DNA from: Patescibacteria group bacterium
GTDB taxonomy: Bacteria; Patescibacteriota; Minisyncoccia; Phycocordibacterales; SBAW01
Assembly (NCBI GenBank): GCA_040389385.1
Contig: JAZKAA010000005.1
Span: forward strand, 9,094 to 48,641
Direction of reading: 5' to 3'
Length of the DNA: 39,548 nucleotides
The translations under genes were made by a program, and so were the position numbers. Positions 6,334-14,624 of the stretch are shown piece by piece. Position 1 is the first letter of the stretch; the number at the start of each line of letters is the position of its first letter. The notes beneath the pieces were generated by a model. It had not been told where the DNA came from and did no database searches. It saw nothing but the letters and a program-made list of their open reading frames with translations.

Positions 6334-6358
6334 CCCCCGAATGTTCGGGGGCTTTTTA
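6332..6358 (+). terminator. Intrinsic terminator
   Basis: AGCCCCCGAA-tg-TTCGGGGGCT followed by a T run. Confidence 0.75.
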
Positions 6359-6359
6359 T

Positions 6360-7490
6360 TTAGTGCATGCTATCCAAAACCGCTTCCAGCTTTTTTGCTT
6401 CTGACTTTGCTACCGTTGCGTTAAAGTTGGCTGCTTTGGCGACAATATCGCCGTCGAGCAAGACCGGGATACCGCCCTGGCCCTCTGCGGCCAAACTGCG
6501 GCTAATGTGGCCGAGTGAGATAGCGTAGAGCGTGCTCGCGCCGGTGGTGGCGCCAAGGTTGGCAGTGGAGATAAGTCCGCGCAAGTTGCCGTCGGTGCTG
6601 GCCACTGCGCCGCCGGACGAGCCCGCTTGCGATGCAATCGTCCCGCCCACAGAAAAGGTGTCCACTTGCAGCCCGCCGTCAAAGGAAAAGAGTTGTCCTA
6701 CGGTCGCAAATGCGGATGTTGCATACAGCGAGGTGGCGATGATGTCGCCGCCCAAAAGCCCCGCGGGATATGAGGCGAGTATCATGCGGGTGCCCACGCG
6801 GGGCGGAGAGGTCGACCACGCCAGGGCAGGGAAGCTGCTTGGCAGCACACCGGCTGGGTTGGTGGTGCCGGTAATGCGCACAAATGCGTAGTCGTTTTGT
6901 CCGGTGCCTTTGGCCTGCTCGGCTTTAATTTGCTCGGCGTTGTCGTCTATCCATTGCTGCGGCAGGTACAGCAACTCGGCACTGTAGCGTGCCTGTGCGG
7001 GGCTGCCGATACGGATAACGCACGTGATATTATTTTTGACTATATAGTCACGCAGGAGGAAAAATTGTCCGACATGCGCGTTGGTGAGTATGACGCCGCG
7101 ACTGTCGATGACAACACCGCTGCCCGAGATGGGTTGGAATGCACCCCCACTGATTGTCGTGCATAAAATATTAACGAGCGCGCCGCGCACGAGCGTGTTG
7201 AGGTCAGTGTCTGACAGGGTGGGCGCCGCCGGAACTTCCGGAACAGAAGTCCTCGGGTCTCCCGTCCGGGTCCCCGTCTCCTGCGGGGAACTCGGCAGGC
7301 CAGACTTCTGCCCCGTAAGTTCCGGCTTTGCTGACGTCGTGCTTGCGATAGGAAACTCCCCGCCGGTGGTTGTCTCGGTGGGCAGGCTCGTGGGGGTCGG
7401 AGCGAGCGCGGTATGGGTCAGGCCAAATATTCCGACAACAATAAGCGCGATGATCCCAAGCACATTAAGTATGGCGGCTATCAGATTCAT
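6360..7490 (-). CDS. Membrane-anchored trypsin-like serine protease
   Basis: N-terminal TM helix, GSGVVI..ILTNAHV (His), NDYA (Asp), GSSGG (Ser). Confidence 0.85.
   Translation of the reverse strand: MNLIAAILNVLGIIALIVVGIFGLTHTALAPTPTSLPTETTTGGEFPIASTTSAKPELTGQKSGLPSSPQETGTRTGDPRTSVPEVPAAPTLSDTDLNTLVRGALVNILCTTISGGAFQPISGSGVVIDSRGVILTNAHVGQFFLLRDYIVKNNITCVIRIGSPAQARYSAELLYLPQQWIDDNAEQIKAEQAKGTGQNDYAFVRITGTTNPAGVLPSSFPALAWSTSPPRVGTRMILASYPAGLLGGDIIATSLYATSAFATVGQLFSFDGGLQVDTFSVGGTIASQAGSSGGAVASTDGNLRGLISTANLGATTGASTLYAISLGHISRSLAAEGQGGIPVLLDGDIVAKAANFNATVAKSEAKKLEAVLDSMH
7228..7326. repeat. 99-nt palindromic element inside the protease linker
   Basis: GCCGGAACTT/AAGTTCCGGC and CAGAAGTC/GACTTCTG nested stems; length is a multiple of 3. 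Confidence 0.7.
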
Positions 7491-7497
7491 ATATGTG

Positions 7498-7568
7498 TGC
7501 GGGATGCCGGAATCGGACCGGCAACTACAGTTTGGAAAACTGTCGTTTTACCACTAAACTAATCCCGC
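7498..7568 (-). tRNA. tRNA-Gly(TCC)
   Basis: Reverse complement GCGGGATTAGTTTAGTGGTAAAACG-ACAGT-TTTCCAA-ACTGT-AGTTGCCGGTCCGATTCCGGCATCCCGCA. Confidence 0.92.
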
Positions 7569-7591
7569 GAGTCTGTGTATACTCAGTTTAT

Positions 7592-8329
7592 ATGAATACC
7601 AAACAAATTATAAGTGTCCTTGTCGTTATAGTTATTGCAGGCGGCGTGTGGTGGTTTTTGGCTAAGGCTCCCGCTCCGGCACCAATGACAACGCCGCAGA
7701 CCGTGCAGGCCAGCACGTTTAACGAAGACGCTCAATACAGCACCATCAAAGTTGAGTACCCGACTGCGCCGGCTAAAGAGCGCGCCGCTATCGAGGCCGA
7801 GATAGACAAGGACATTGCGGACTTTAGGCAGAGCGTTGCCGGTCTTGACGCAACGGTGATGCCGAGCTTGGCCGACGGGCACAAGCTTGAGTTTGTTGCA
7901 GGGTACAAGGAGTACCACTCGACCGATACCAGCTCGTACTTTTACACTATCTTTGAAGACACCGGCGGGGCGCACCCCAACGCGTACTTTAAGACTTTTG
8001 TGTTTGATAAAGACGGCAATCGGATTGGAATCAAAGACGTAGTGGGGCCCGACCTCACCAAGCTCTCGCAGTTGGTGCGTGCTGATGTGCTCAAGCAGAT
8101 GGAAGACCGCCTCGGTTTTGGGCCTGACAAAACAACATTGAGTGCGGACGGGCTTCCGGATTCGTCCTATGGCTTTTATGCGGAGGGTACAGAACCAAAA
8201 GAAGAGAACTTCCAAGACTTTGTCATAGACGGCGACACGTTGGTGATAGAAATTCCGCCCTACCAGGTAGCTGCATATGTAATGGGTAGCTTTGAGGTGC
8301 GGATCCCGCTTTCGGACATCAATCACTAA
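7592..8329 (+). CDS. DUF3298/DUF4163 (RsiV/PdaC-like) membrane-anchored protein
   Basis: N-terminal TM, TGGAHPN and PPYQVAAY motifs. Confidence 0.8.
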   Translation: MNTKQIISVLVVIVIAGGVWWFLAKAPAPAPMTTPQTVQASTFNEDAQYSTIKVEYPTAPAKERAAIEAEIDKDIADFRQSVAGLDATVMPSLADGHKLEFVAGYKEYHSTDTSSYFYTIFEDTGGAHPNAYFKTFVFDKDGNRIGIKDVVGPDLTKLSQLVRADVLKQMEDRLGFGPDKTTLSADGLPDSSYGFYAEGTEPKEENFQDFVIDGDTLVIEIPPYQVAAYVMGSFEVRIPLSDINH

Positions 8330-8331
8330 CG

Positions 8332-8360
8332 AAAAAACCCGCCGGAATGGCGGGTTTTTT
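8332..8360. terminator. Bidirectional terminator
   Basis: AAAAAACCCGCC-ggaat-GGCGGGTTTTTT. Confidence 0.8.
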
Positions 8361-8373
8361 CGTCTCGAGAGGA

Positions 8374-8501
8374 TCATTTGGCATAAAAAGCAAACTTCTT
8401 TGCTTTTTGCCCGCAAATGATGGACGGAGCCATGTCCTGCAATGGCAGGACGGCGAGTCCCGGGCCAGAAACCAAATTTTGCGACGGCAAAATTTGAGTT
8501 T
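8374..8501. repeat. Three-hairpin intergenic element
   Basis: AAAAAGCAAA/TTTGCTTTTT, GTCCTGC/GCAGGAC and CAAATTTTGC/GCAAAATTTG stems. Confidence 0.5.
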
Positions 8502-8509
8502 ATGGGAAC

Positions 8510-8782
8510 TTACTTAACGGCTTCTTTTAGTGCCTTTGCTGGCTGGAACTTAGGCACCCGCATAGAGGGGACCTGGACCGCCTCGCCTGTGCGCGGGTTG
8601 CGCGCAGTGCGTGCGGCGCGCATCTTGGTCTTAAAGATGCCCAAACCGGCTATGGAGACCTCTTCGCCGCGCTTGAGCGCCCCGACAATGGTGTCGACCA
8701 TCGTCTCGACAGCGCGTTCGCCGTCGGCCTTGGTGGTGCCCAAGACGCCGTGCACCTTTTCCGCAATGTCCTGCTTATTCAT
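8510..8782 (-). CDS. hup: DNA-binding protein HU
   Basis: MNKQDI..GLGIF..RAARTARNPRTGE..PKFQPAKALKEAVK. Confidence 0.95.
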   Translation of the reverse strand: MNKQDIAEKVHGVLGTTKADGERAVETMVDTIVGALKRGEEVSIAGLGIFKTKMRAARTARNPRTGEAVQVPSMRVPKFQPAKALKEAVK

Positions 8783-8854
8783 GACAAAATACGTTGGTTA
8801 GTAATGGTTATGCCCTGTAGCGGCAGTATACCCCCCTCAAAATAGATTGCAAAG

Positions 8855-8906
8855 CCGACGCTTTGGTCGGCTCCCCGACCTCCAGACCGTAGTCGGAGCG
8901 TCGGGG
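8855..8906. repeat. REP-like double-hairpin repeat, copy 2
   Basis: CCGACGCTTTGGTCGGCTCCCCGAC...GTCGGGG. Confidence 0.85.
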
Positions 8907-8926
8907 CTGTGATATTGTGGGCACCA

Positions 8927-9511
8927 ATGACTGTAAAAAAGGCGAAAAACCCTATCGTTATTGGGGTTTCTGGCGTGCGGGGGAGCTTTAGCGAGATGGC
9001 GGGGGAGGCATACGCGGCCAAAAAGCGTCTCAAGCAGTACACGATCAAGCATTTGGTGACGGTAGAGCACGTGCTTGCGGCTGTTGAGAGGGGAGATGTT
9101 GCGGTTGGGGTCTTTCCTGTCGCCAACTCGAGCATGGGCGTGGTGCTCGAGGCCATGCATGCGGTGTCGCGGTACCGCTTTACGATGAAGGAGGCCTTTA
9201 CTATCCAGGTAGTGCAAAATTTGCTGGCCCGGCCGGGGGTAGCCGCGCGTGATATCCGCACAATAGTCTCGCAACTCCCCGCGCTCGAGCAGTGCAAGCT
9301 CCAGCTCAAGCATCGTTGGCCTAGGGCCAAGCTCAAAGAGTATGCCGATACGGCCAAAGCGGCCAAGGACCTTGCAGCGGGCAAGCTGCCGCGCTCGACC
9401 GCGGTAGTTGCATCTGCCGCCGCCGCCAAACTCTATGGTCTAAACATTGTGGCGCCCGCAATTCAAGACCACAAAAACAACGCCACCTTTTTTATAGCAG
9501 CAGTTAAGTAA
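8927..9511 (+). CDS. Prephenate dehydratase-like protein, catalytic domain only, degenerate motifs
   Basis: G..GSFSE.A, PVANSS.G.V, ALEQC, DTA.AA, IQD..NN.T.F; no ACT or chorismate mutase domain. Confidence 0.8.
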   Translation: MTVKKAKNPIVIGVSGVRGSFSEMAGEAYAAKKRLKQYTIKHLVTVEHVLAAVERGDVAVGVFPVANSSMGVVLEAMHAVSRYRFTMKEAFTIQVVQNLLARPGVAARDIRTIVSQLPALEQCKLQLKHRWPRAKLKEYADTAKAAKDLAAGKLPRSTAVVASAAAAKLYGLNIVAPAIQDHKNNATFFIAAVK

Positions 9512-9526
9512 AAAAATCTCCCGTGG

Positions 9527-9997
9527 TTAGGGAGATTTGGCAACAAGGTTGATAGATTTGCCGTTCAGATATCGGCATTGCAGGACCAGAAAGTGCTTGA
9601 GCGCGATGATTATTTCGCGCGGGGTCCGCGATAGGTTGCCCAGCTCTATTTGGGGCACATGTACGGGGTCCCCTTTAAGCGGCTGACCGTAGGTAAGACC
9701 TGTCATGTGACGCACGTGCGCGTAGTCGTACCGTCTGGCCGTAGAGTGGTGTTGCTGGCCTTGCACTACGGTGCCGCTGGTGGCCACCACATACACCTCC
9801 GCCTGTGATTTGGTCTGCAAAATGGGCATCAAGTTGATAGCTCTTTGCTCGATCAGACTGTGAGTAGCGTAGTGGGTCTGAGGCATCTTGAACTCGATGA
9901 CATCCACCTCGCCGGGCCGGTAGGGCTCTTGCAGGGCCTCCGTGATAGCAAGCCAACAAAAGTTAGGCGCGTCGATAGCCAAAGCAAAAGTAAACAT
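9527..9997 (-). CDS. Hypothetical protein (156 aa)
   Basis: ORF with GGGAGG SD and a promoter-like sequence upstream. Confidence 0.6.
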   Translation of the reverse strand: MFTFALAIDAPNFCWLAITEALQEPYRPGEVDVIEFKMPQTHYATHSLIEQRAINLMPILQTKSQAEVYVVATSGTVVQGQQHHSTARRYDYAHVRHMTGLTYGQPLKGDPVHVPQIELGNLSRTPREIIIALKHFLVLQCRYLNGKSINLVAKSP

Positions 9998-10077
9998 GGC
10001 GCTCCTCCCAATCTTCCATTTTTAACCCTACGCCCGTCGCGTTTGTTTTGCAAATAAAAAGACCCCGGAGTGTGGGG

Positions 10078-10593
10078 TCAGTGTTTTTGCGAAAAACTAT
10101 TGCATTGCAGTGCACCGACTATCAGCCGCGAGAGTTTTGTTACCTCGGGGCTGGTCTGTATGACGGTGTCGATTTCTTCTCCCACCATCGTGAGGATGTC
10201 CAACACCTGGGTAAACGAGTCGTGTGGTTCGTGATTGCTGTATGCCGGAGTACCGATCCAGTCACCGCTGCCGTCCTCCGCAGTCGTGGTAACGAGCAGC
10301 ATTGCGTGTTGGGGATGGACATTCCAACTTATCTGGGACGCCATAATCATAGGCACCACGCGCGCCGCCAGCGTTGCTTTGTGTACCTTGGTATCCTCGG
10401 CCGTGCGTCGGAGCATGGTGAGAGGAATGTTTGCGTACTCCGCCTTGCTGTAGGAACGGACTTTAACCAGCTCTACAACAGCTTCGCTGTCGGGGTAGCT
10501 GGCCTTGAGTGCCATGCGGATGTGATCGGCGGCCAACTCGGCGACGCCAGTCTCCAGCGTGTTCTCCAGACAGACATAGATGTTTTCTGCCAT
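10078..10593 (-). CDS. Hypothetical protein (171 aa)
   Basis: ORF downstream of rny, GGAG SD, followed by a terminator hairpin at about 10056-10079. Confidence 0.6.
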   Translation of the reverse strand: MAENIYVCLENTLETGVAELAADHIRMALKASYPDSEAVVELVKVRSYSKAEYANIPLTMLRRTAEDTKVHKATLAARVVPMIMASQISWNVHPQHAMLLVTTTAEDGSGDWIGTPAYSNHEPHDSFTQVLDILTMVGEEIDTVIQTSPEVTKLSRLIVGALQCNSFSQKH

Positions 10594-10643
10594 GACGCGC
10601 TCCAATGCAGGGGTTCAGCCTCTTTGACTGTAGCAGGTAAACT

Positions 10644-12173
10644 CTACCGGGCAAACTCGATGGCGCGGGTTTCGCGGAAGACGGCCACCTTTATTTCGCC
10701 CGGATATTTAAGCTCGTTTTCTATACGCAGCGCAATATTGCGCGCCAGCTCGCGCGCCTGAAAGTCGGTCATCTCTTCGGGCTTAACAAAGACGCGCACT
10801 TCGCGGCCGGCAGAAATTGCGTACGATTTTTCTACCCCCGCAAACGAGTTGGCAATGCCCTCGATGTCGGCCAAGCGCTTGATGTATTGCTCGACACTGT
10901 CGCGGCGCGCGCCGGGGCGCCCGCCCGATATTGCATCGGCCACCTGCACAATCATGCTCTCCGGAGTTTCGTACGGGTACTCCTCGTGGTGGGCCTGCAT
11001 GGCCTTGATGACCTCTTCTTGCACACCAAACTTTTGCAATATGCGGCGGCCTATCTCCACGTGAGTGCCCTGCACCTCGTGGTCCAAAGCCTTGCCGATG
11101 TCATGCAAGAGCGCGCCCGCGCGTGCCACCTGCACGTTGGCGCCCAGCTCTTCGGCAAGCATGCCCGCGATGTGCGACATCTCTACCGAGTGCTGCAGCA
11201 CCGACTGTCCGTATGATGTGCGGAAAAAGAGCCGGCCCAAAATCATAATGAGTTGCGGCGGCAGGTTGAGCACCCCGGCCTCAAACGCCGCGGCTTCGCC
11301 CTTGTCTTTGATTATTTTTTGCACCTCGGCCTGCGCCTTGGCGACAGTCTCCTCTATCTTGGCCGGTTGGATGCGGCCGTCGATTATTAAGTTTTCCAAT
11401 GCGACGCGCGCAACCGCGCGGCGTATCGGGTCGTAGCTCGAGAGGATAATAGAGCCCGGCGTGTCGTCGATAATAACCTCGACACCCGTGGCGCGCTCGA
11501 GTGCCTTGATATTGCGGCCCTCCTTGCCGATTATTTTACCCTTGAGGTCGTCGTTGGGGATGGTTATGGCAGTGGCCATAGTGTCCGATGCAACCGAGTT
11601 GCCCAAGCGGTGTATCGCCGTGGTGAGTATCTCGCGTGCGCGGCGCTCCAGGCGCTCCATGCCGTCGCGCTCGAGCTTGGCCGCGCGCATCATCATGTCG
11701 TCGCTCTGCTCGCGCTCAAGCTCGGCGTATAGCTGCTCCTTGGCCTGCTCTTTAGAGAGCCCTGCCACCTTGGCCAGCTCGTCGGCGCGAGCGGTTACCA
11801 TGGCCTCGGCCCGCTCTTTTACTTGTTTGACCTCCTCTATCTTTCCTTTGACCGCCTCGACCTCTTTGTCGAGCTCGATTTGTTTTTTATCCAGAGATTC
11901 CTCGCGCTTAAAGACGCGCTCCTCGGCGCGCAGGACCTTTTCCTCTTTTTCTTTTACCAGCTCATCGGCTTGCAGGAGTTTTGCCTTTGACTCCTCCTCG
12001 GCACGCAGCAAAATCTGCGCCGCCTCTTCCTTGGCGGTAAAAAGTATCTGCCTAATTTCGACCTCTATCGAGCCCTTACGCGAGAGAACGAGCAACCAAC
12101 GAAAGACGTAGCCAATGACCGCACCCCCGAGCGCTGAGCCCGCGAGGAGCAGGAGTAGATTTGTTAATGACAT
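10644..12173 (-). CDS. rny: Ribonuclease Y
   Basis: TM anchor, coiled coil, KH (KGKIIGKEGRNI), HD (LLHDIGK), ARELAR..YPGEIKV. Confidence 0.97.
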   Translation of the reverse strand: MSLTNLLLLLAGSALGGAVIGYVFRWLLVLSRKGSIEVEIRQILFTAKEEAAQILLRAEEESKAKLLQADELVKEKEEKVLRAEERVFKREESLDKKQIELDKEVEAVKGKIEEVKQVKERAEAMVTARADELAKVAGLSKEQAKEQLYAELEREQSDDMMMRAAKLERDGMERLERRAREILTTAIHRLGNSVASDTMATAITIPNDDLKGKIIGKEGRNIKALERATGVEVIIDDTPGSIILSSYDPIRRAVARVALENLIIDGRIQPAKIEETVAKAQAEVQKIIKDKGEAAAFEAGVLNLPPQLIMILGRLFFRTSYGQSVLQHSVEMSHIAGMLAEELGANVQVARAGALLHDIGKALDHEVQGTHVEIGRRILQKFGVQEEVIKAMQAHHEEYPYETPESMIVQVADAISGGRPGARRDSVEQYIKRLADIEGIANSFAGVEKSYAISAGREVRVFVKPEEMTDFQARELARNIALRIENELKYPGEIKVAVFRETRAIEFAR

Positions 12174-12256
12174 AAAAAGTAGACATAAAAGTTTGGTTCA
12201 AAAGCACTCCGTTAGAGTACCTCATGTCTCTATATATGTCTAATTCACCAAAATGG

Positions 12257-12892
12257 CTACTTTTTAGCCGTGGTGATACCTTTTTGGGTGAAGATTTCGT
12301 CTACAATGCCGTACTTTTTGGCCTCGTCCGCCATCATAAAGTAGTCGCGGTCGACGTCTTTTTCTATTTTCTCAAGAGGTTGGCCGGTCGCTTTGGAGAG
12401 TATCTTGTTGAGGCGCTCGCGAGTGGCAATAATGTGACGCGCGGTGATTTCGATGTCGGTGGCCTGGCCTTGCGCGCCGCCCCACGGCTGATGAATCATC
12501 ACCTCGGCGTTAGGGAGCGCAAAGCGCTTGCCCTTTTGCCCACAGGCCAAAATAACCGCCGCAGCACTGGCCGCAATACCCACGCACACCGTGGCGACGT
12601 CGGGCTTGATGTGGTTCATTGTGTCGAGGATTGCCAAGCCGGCCGTCACCGAGCCGCCGGGGGAGTTAACGTACAGTTGGATATCCTTTTTGGGGTCCTC
12701 GGCCTCCAAAAATAGGAGTTGGGCAATGACCAAGTTGGCGGTCTGGTCCTCGATAGGGCCGGAGAGGAAGATAATGCGCTCTTTGAGCAATCTGGAGTAG
12801 ATATCAAAGGCGCGCTCGCCATGCGGCGTCTTTTCTATCACCATCGGCACCAGTTGAGCGTATTCTTTGGAATATTTTTCGTTGTTTTGCAT
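12257..12892 (-). CDS. clpP: ATP-dependent Clp protease proteolytic subunit
   Basis: [32 protein letters not shown]. Confidence 0.97.
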   Translation of the reverse strand: MQNNEKYSKEYAQLVPMVIEKTPHGERAFDIYSRLLKERIIFLSGPIEDQTANLVIAQLLFLEAEDPKKDIQLYVNSPGGSVTAGLAILDTMNHIKPDVATVCVGIAASAAAVILACGQKGKRFALPNAEVMIHQPWGGAQGQATDIEITARHIIATRERLNKILSKATGQPLEKIEKDVDRDYFMMADEAKKYGIVDEIFTQKGITTAKK

Positions 12893-13002
12893 GTCCTCAG
12901 TATATACTTGACGATAAACTTTTTCAAGCGCACAATAACGCCACAGGGCAATCTCTTCTCGTCCGTTCTCATATGAGCAACGGCGCAACATTGGAGGCCA
13001 CC

Positions 13003-13230
13003 ATGACTCGCTTGATCGTTGGTCTGATTCTCGTCGTTATTTTTGCGGCGTCGATGTTTTTCGGCACTGCAGATCTTCCGGCTTGGATTCCAGCCAGCAC
13101 AATCGCACTGGGATTCGTCGGCCTTGCGCTGATCATCTCCGGCACCAAGAAGCTCTCGGTGTCGCATGCGTCCCGCACTGTTGTTGTCCACGGGGCGTAC
13201 ATTCCGTACATCCCAGGGTTGGACAAGTAG
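13003..13230 (+). CDS. Small two-TM membrane protein lying antisense between tig and clpP
   Basis: GGAGG SD, two hydrophobic segments, hairpin at 13249-13278 downstream. Confidence 0.6.
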   Translation: MTRLIVGLILVVIFAASMFFGTADLPAWIPASTIALGFVGLALIISGTKKLSVSHASRTVVVHGAYIPYIPGLDK

Positions 13231-13290
13231 TTCTTCTGTTCGAGTTCGAAGGGTCCGGACTTCTGTCTGGGCCCTTGTTCTATATAAAAT

Positions 13291-14304
13291 CTACTTCGCT
13301 CCTTCCAAAAGCTTCAACACTTTTTCGTTGCGGAGGACTGTCTCTATATGTACGCGGACCAGCTCGGGGTTAGCGTCTGGGAAATGCTCTATCGCATGCT
13401 TGAGCTCGGCCTCTATTTCCTTTTCATCAGCGGTGACACTCTCCTCATCGGCCAGTTTGTTTAAAATCAACTGCAAGCGCGCGCGCTTTTGTGCCTGGTC
13501 CGTGAAGTCTTTGCGGATTTGCTCCTCGGTCTTCTGGGAGTGCTTGAGATAGTCCTCAAACTTGAGCCCCATTCGCTGCACATCCTCCTGCATCTGCGCC
13601 ATAATCTTGCCCAGCTCGCTCTCGACAAAAATCTTGGGTACGGCGAGCGGAGTTTGCTCGAGCAAAAGCTCGACCAGCTTGCCGCGCCGCGTAGACTGCG
13701 CACGGCGCAGCTTTTCCTCGGTGATGCCCTTTTTCATTTGCTCCTTGAGCGCGTCAAGAGTCTCAAATGCACCAACTGATTTAGCAAACGCATCATCCAG
13801 CTCAGGTACGACATCATTTTTCTTGCGCGACTGGCGTAGGTCCTCCAATGTTTTGTCCACCTCCTCGTCGGTGCCGGGGAGCGCGGTCTCCAGAGCGACC
13901 TTTTCGTGCAAAAACTTCCATGTCTTGGGTACCGACACTTCCGGGTAGAGCGTAGTGCGGATAACAAGCCCGACCGGATTGCCGGGCGCCAGCTTGGTCA
14001 CCTTGATTTCCGGCCGGCCGACAACATCGAGCTTGTGCGCCTCGACCAGCTCGGGGTAAAAGTCTTTTATAAACAGCTCGGCGGCCTCCTCCAAGACGCC
14101 AACCTCGCCTACCTTTTGTACTGCTGTCGCGGGCGGCACTTTACCGGGGCGAAATCCGGGTAGCTCCATATGCTCGGCCAAGTGGGTGATAGCCCGCTCG
14201 CGGTAGGGTGCCAGCACCTCAAACGGCACCTCACCCGAGATATCTACCTCGGACTCGGGCAGGTTTTTAAGGGCGAACTGTTTCGCCAGCGCTTCAAATT
14301 GCAT
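13291..14304 (-). CDS. tig: Trigger factor (short form, PPIase domain apparently absent)
   Basis: LPGFRPGKVP ribosome-binding motif, PELDDAFAK; only 337 aa; upstream of clpP. Confidence 0.93.
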   Translation of the reverse strand: MQFEALAKQFALKNLPESEVDISGEVPFEVLAPYRERAITHLAEHMELPGFRPGKVPPATAVQKVGEVGVLEEAAELFIKDFYPELVEAHKLDVVGRPEIKVTKLAPGNPVGLVIRTTLYPEVSVPKTWKFLHEKVALETALPGTDEEVDKTLEDLRQSRKKNDVVPELDDAFAKSVGAFETLDALKEQMKKGITEEKLRRAQSTRRGKLVELLLEQTPLAVPKIFVESELGKIMAQMQEDVQRMGLKFEDYLKHSQKTEEQIRKDFTDQAQKRARLQLILNKLADEESVTADEKEIEAELKHAIEHFPDANPELVRVHIETVLRNEKVLKLLEGAK

Positions 14305-14336
14305 TTCGCGAGGATATCACAAAGCGCGGCAAAAGC

Positions 14337-14519
14337 CTACGCATTAATAGTCTCTTGCACGGGTGGAGTATTGAGCAGGGCCTTTTCTCGCACAAAAAAG
14401 TACACGCCGCCGGCGGCAAATACCAGTATCAACAACGCGATAGCGACCATGGGGCCGACGCCCAACCTTTCTTTTTTGCTTTCTTGTGGAGCGAGCGGTG
14501 TGTCGAGAGAGGCATCCAT
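14337..14519 (-). CDS. Small single-TM protein
   Basis: GPMVAIALLILVFAAGGVYFF; TATACT 6 nt before ATG. Confidence 0.65.
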   Translation of the reverse strand: MDASLDTPLAPQESKKERLGVGPMVAIALLILVFAAGGVYFFVREKALLNTPPVQETINA

Positions 14520-14624
14520 ACTGTAAGTATATGAGTGGCATGCAATCTGCTCGTACACAAAATGTGTGGATTGCTAGTTGGAGAACTTTTGCCACACGCG
14601 GTCAATGGGGGTACAGTGGTGTAC

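Noticed and set aside
14535-14596. Hairpin upstream of ppaC as a Mn riboswitch
   Set aside because: No yybP-ykoY consensus, and the probable ppaC -10 box lies downstream of it
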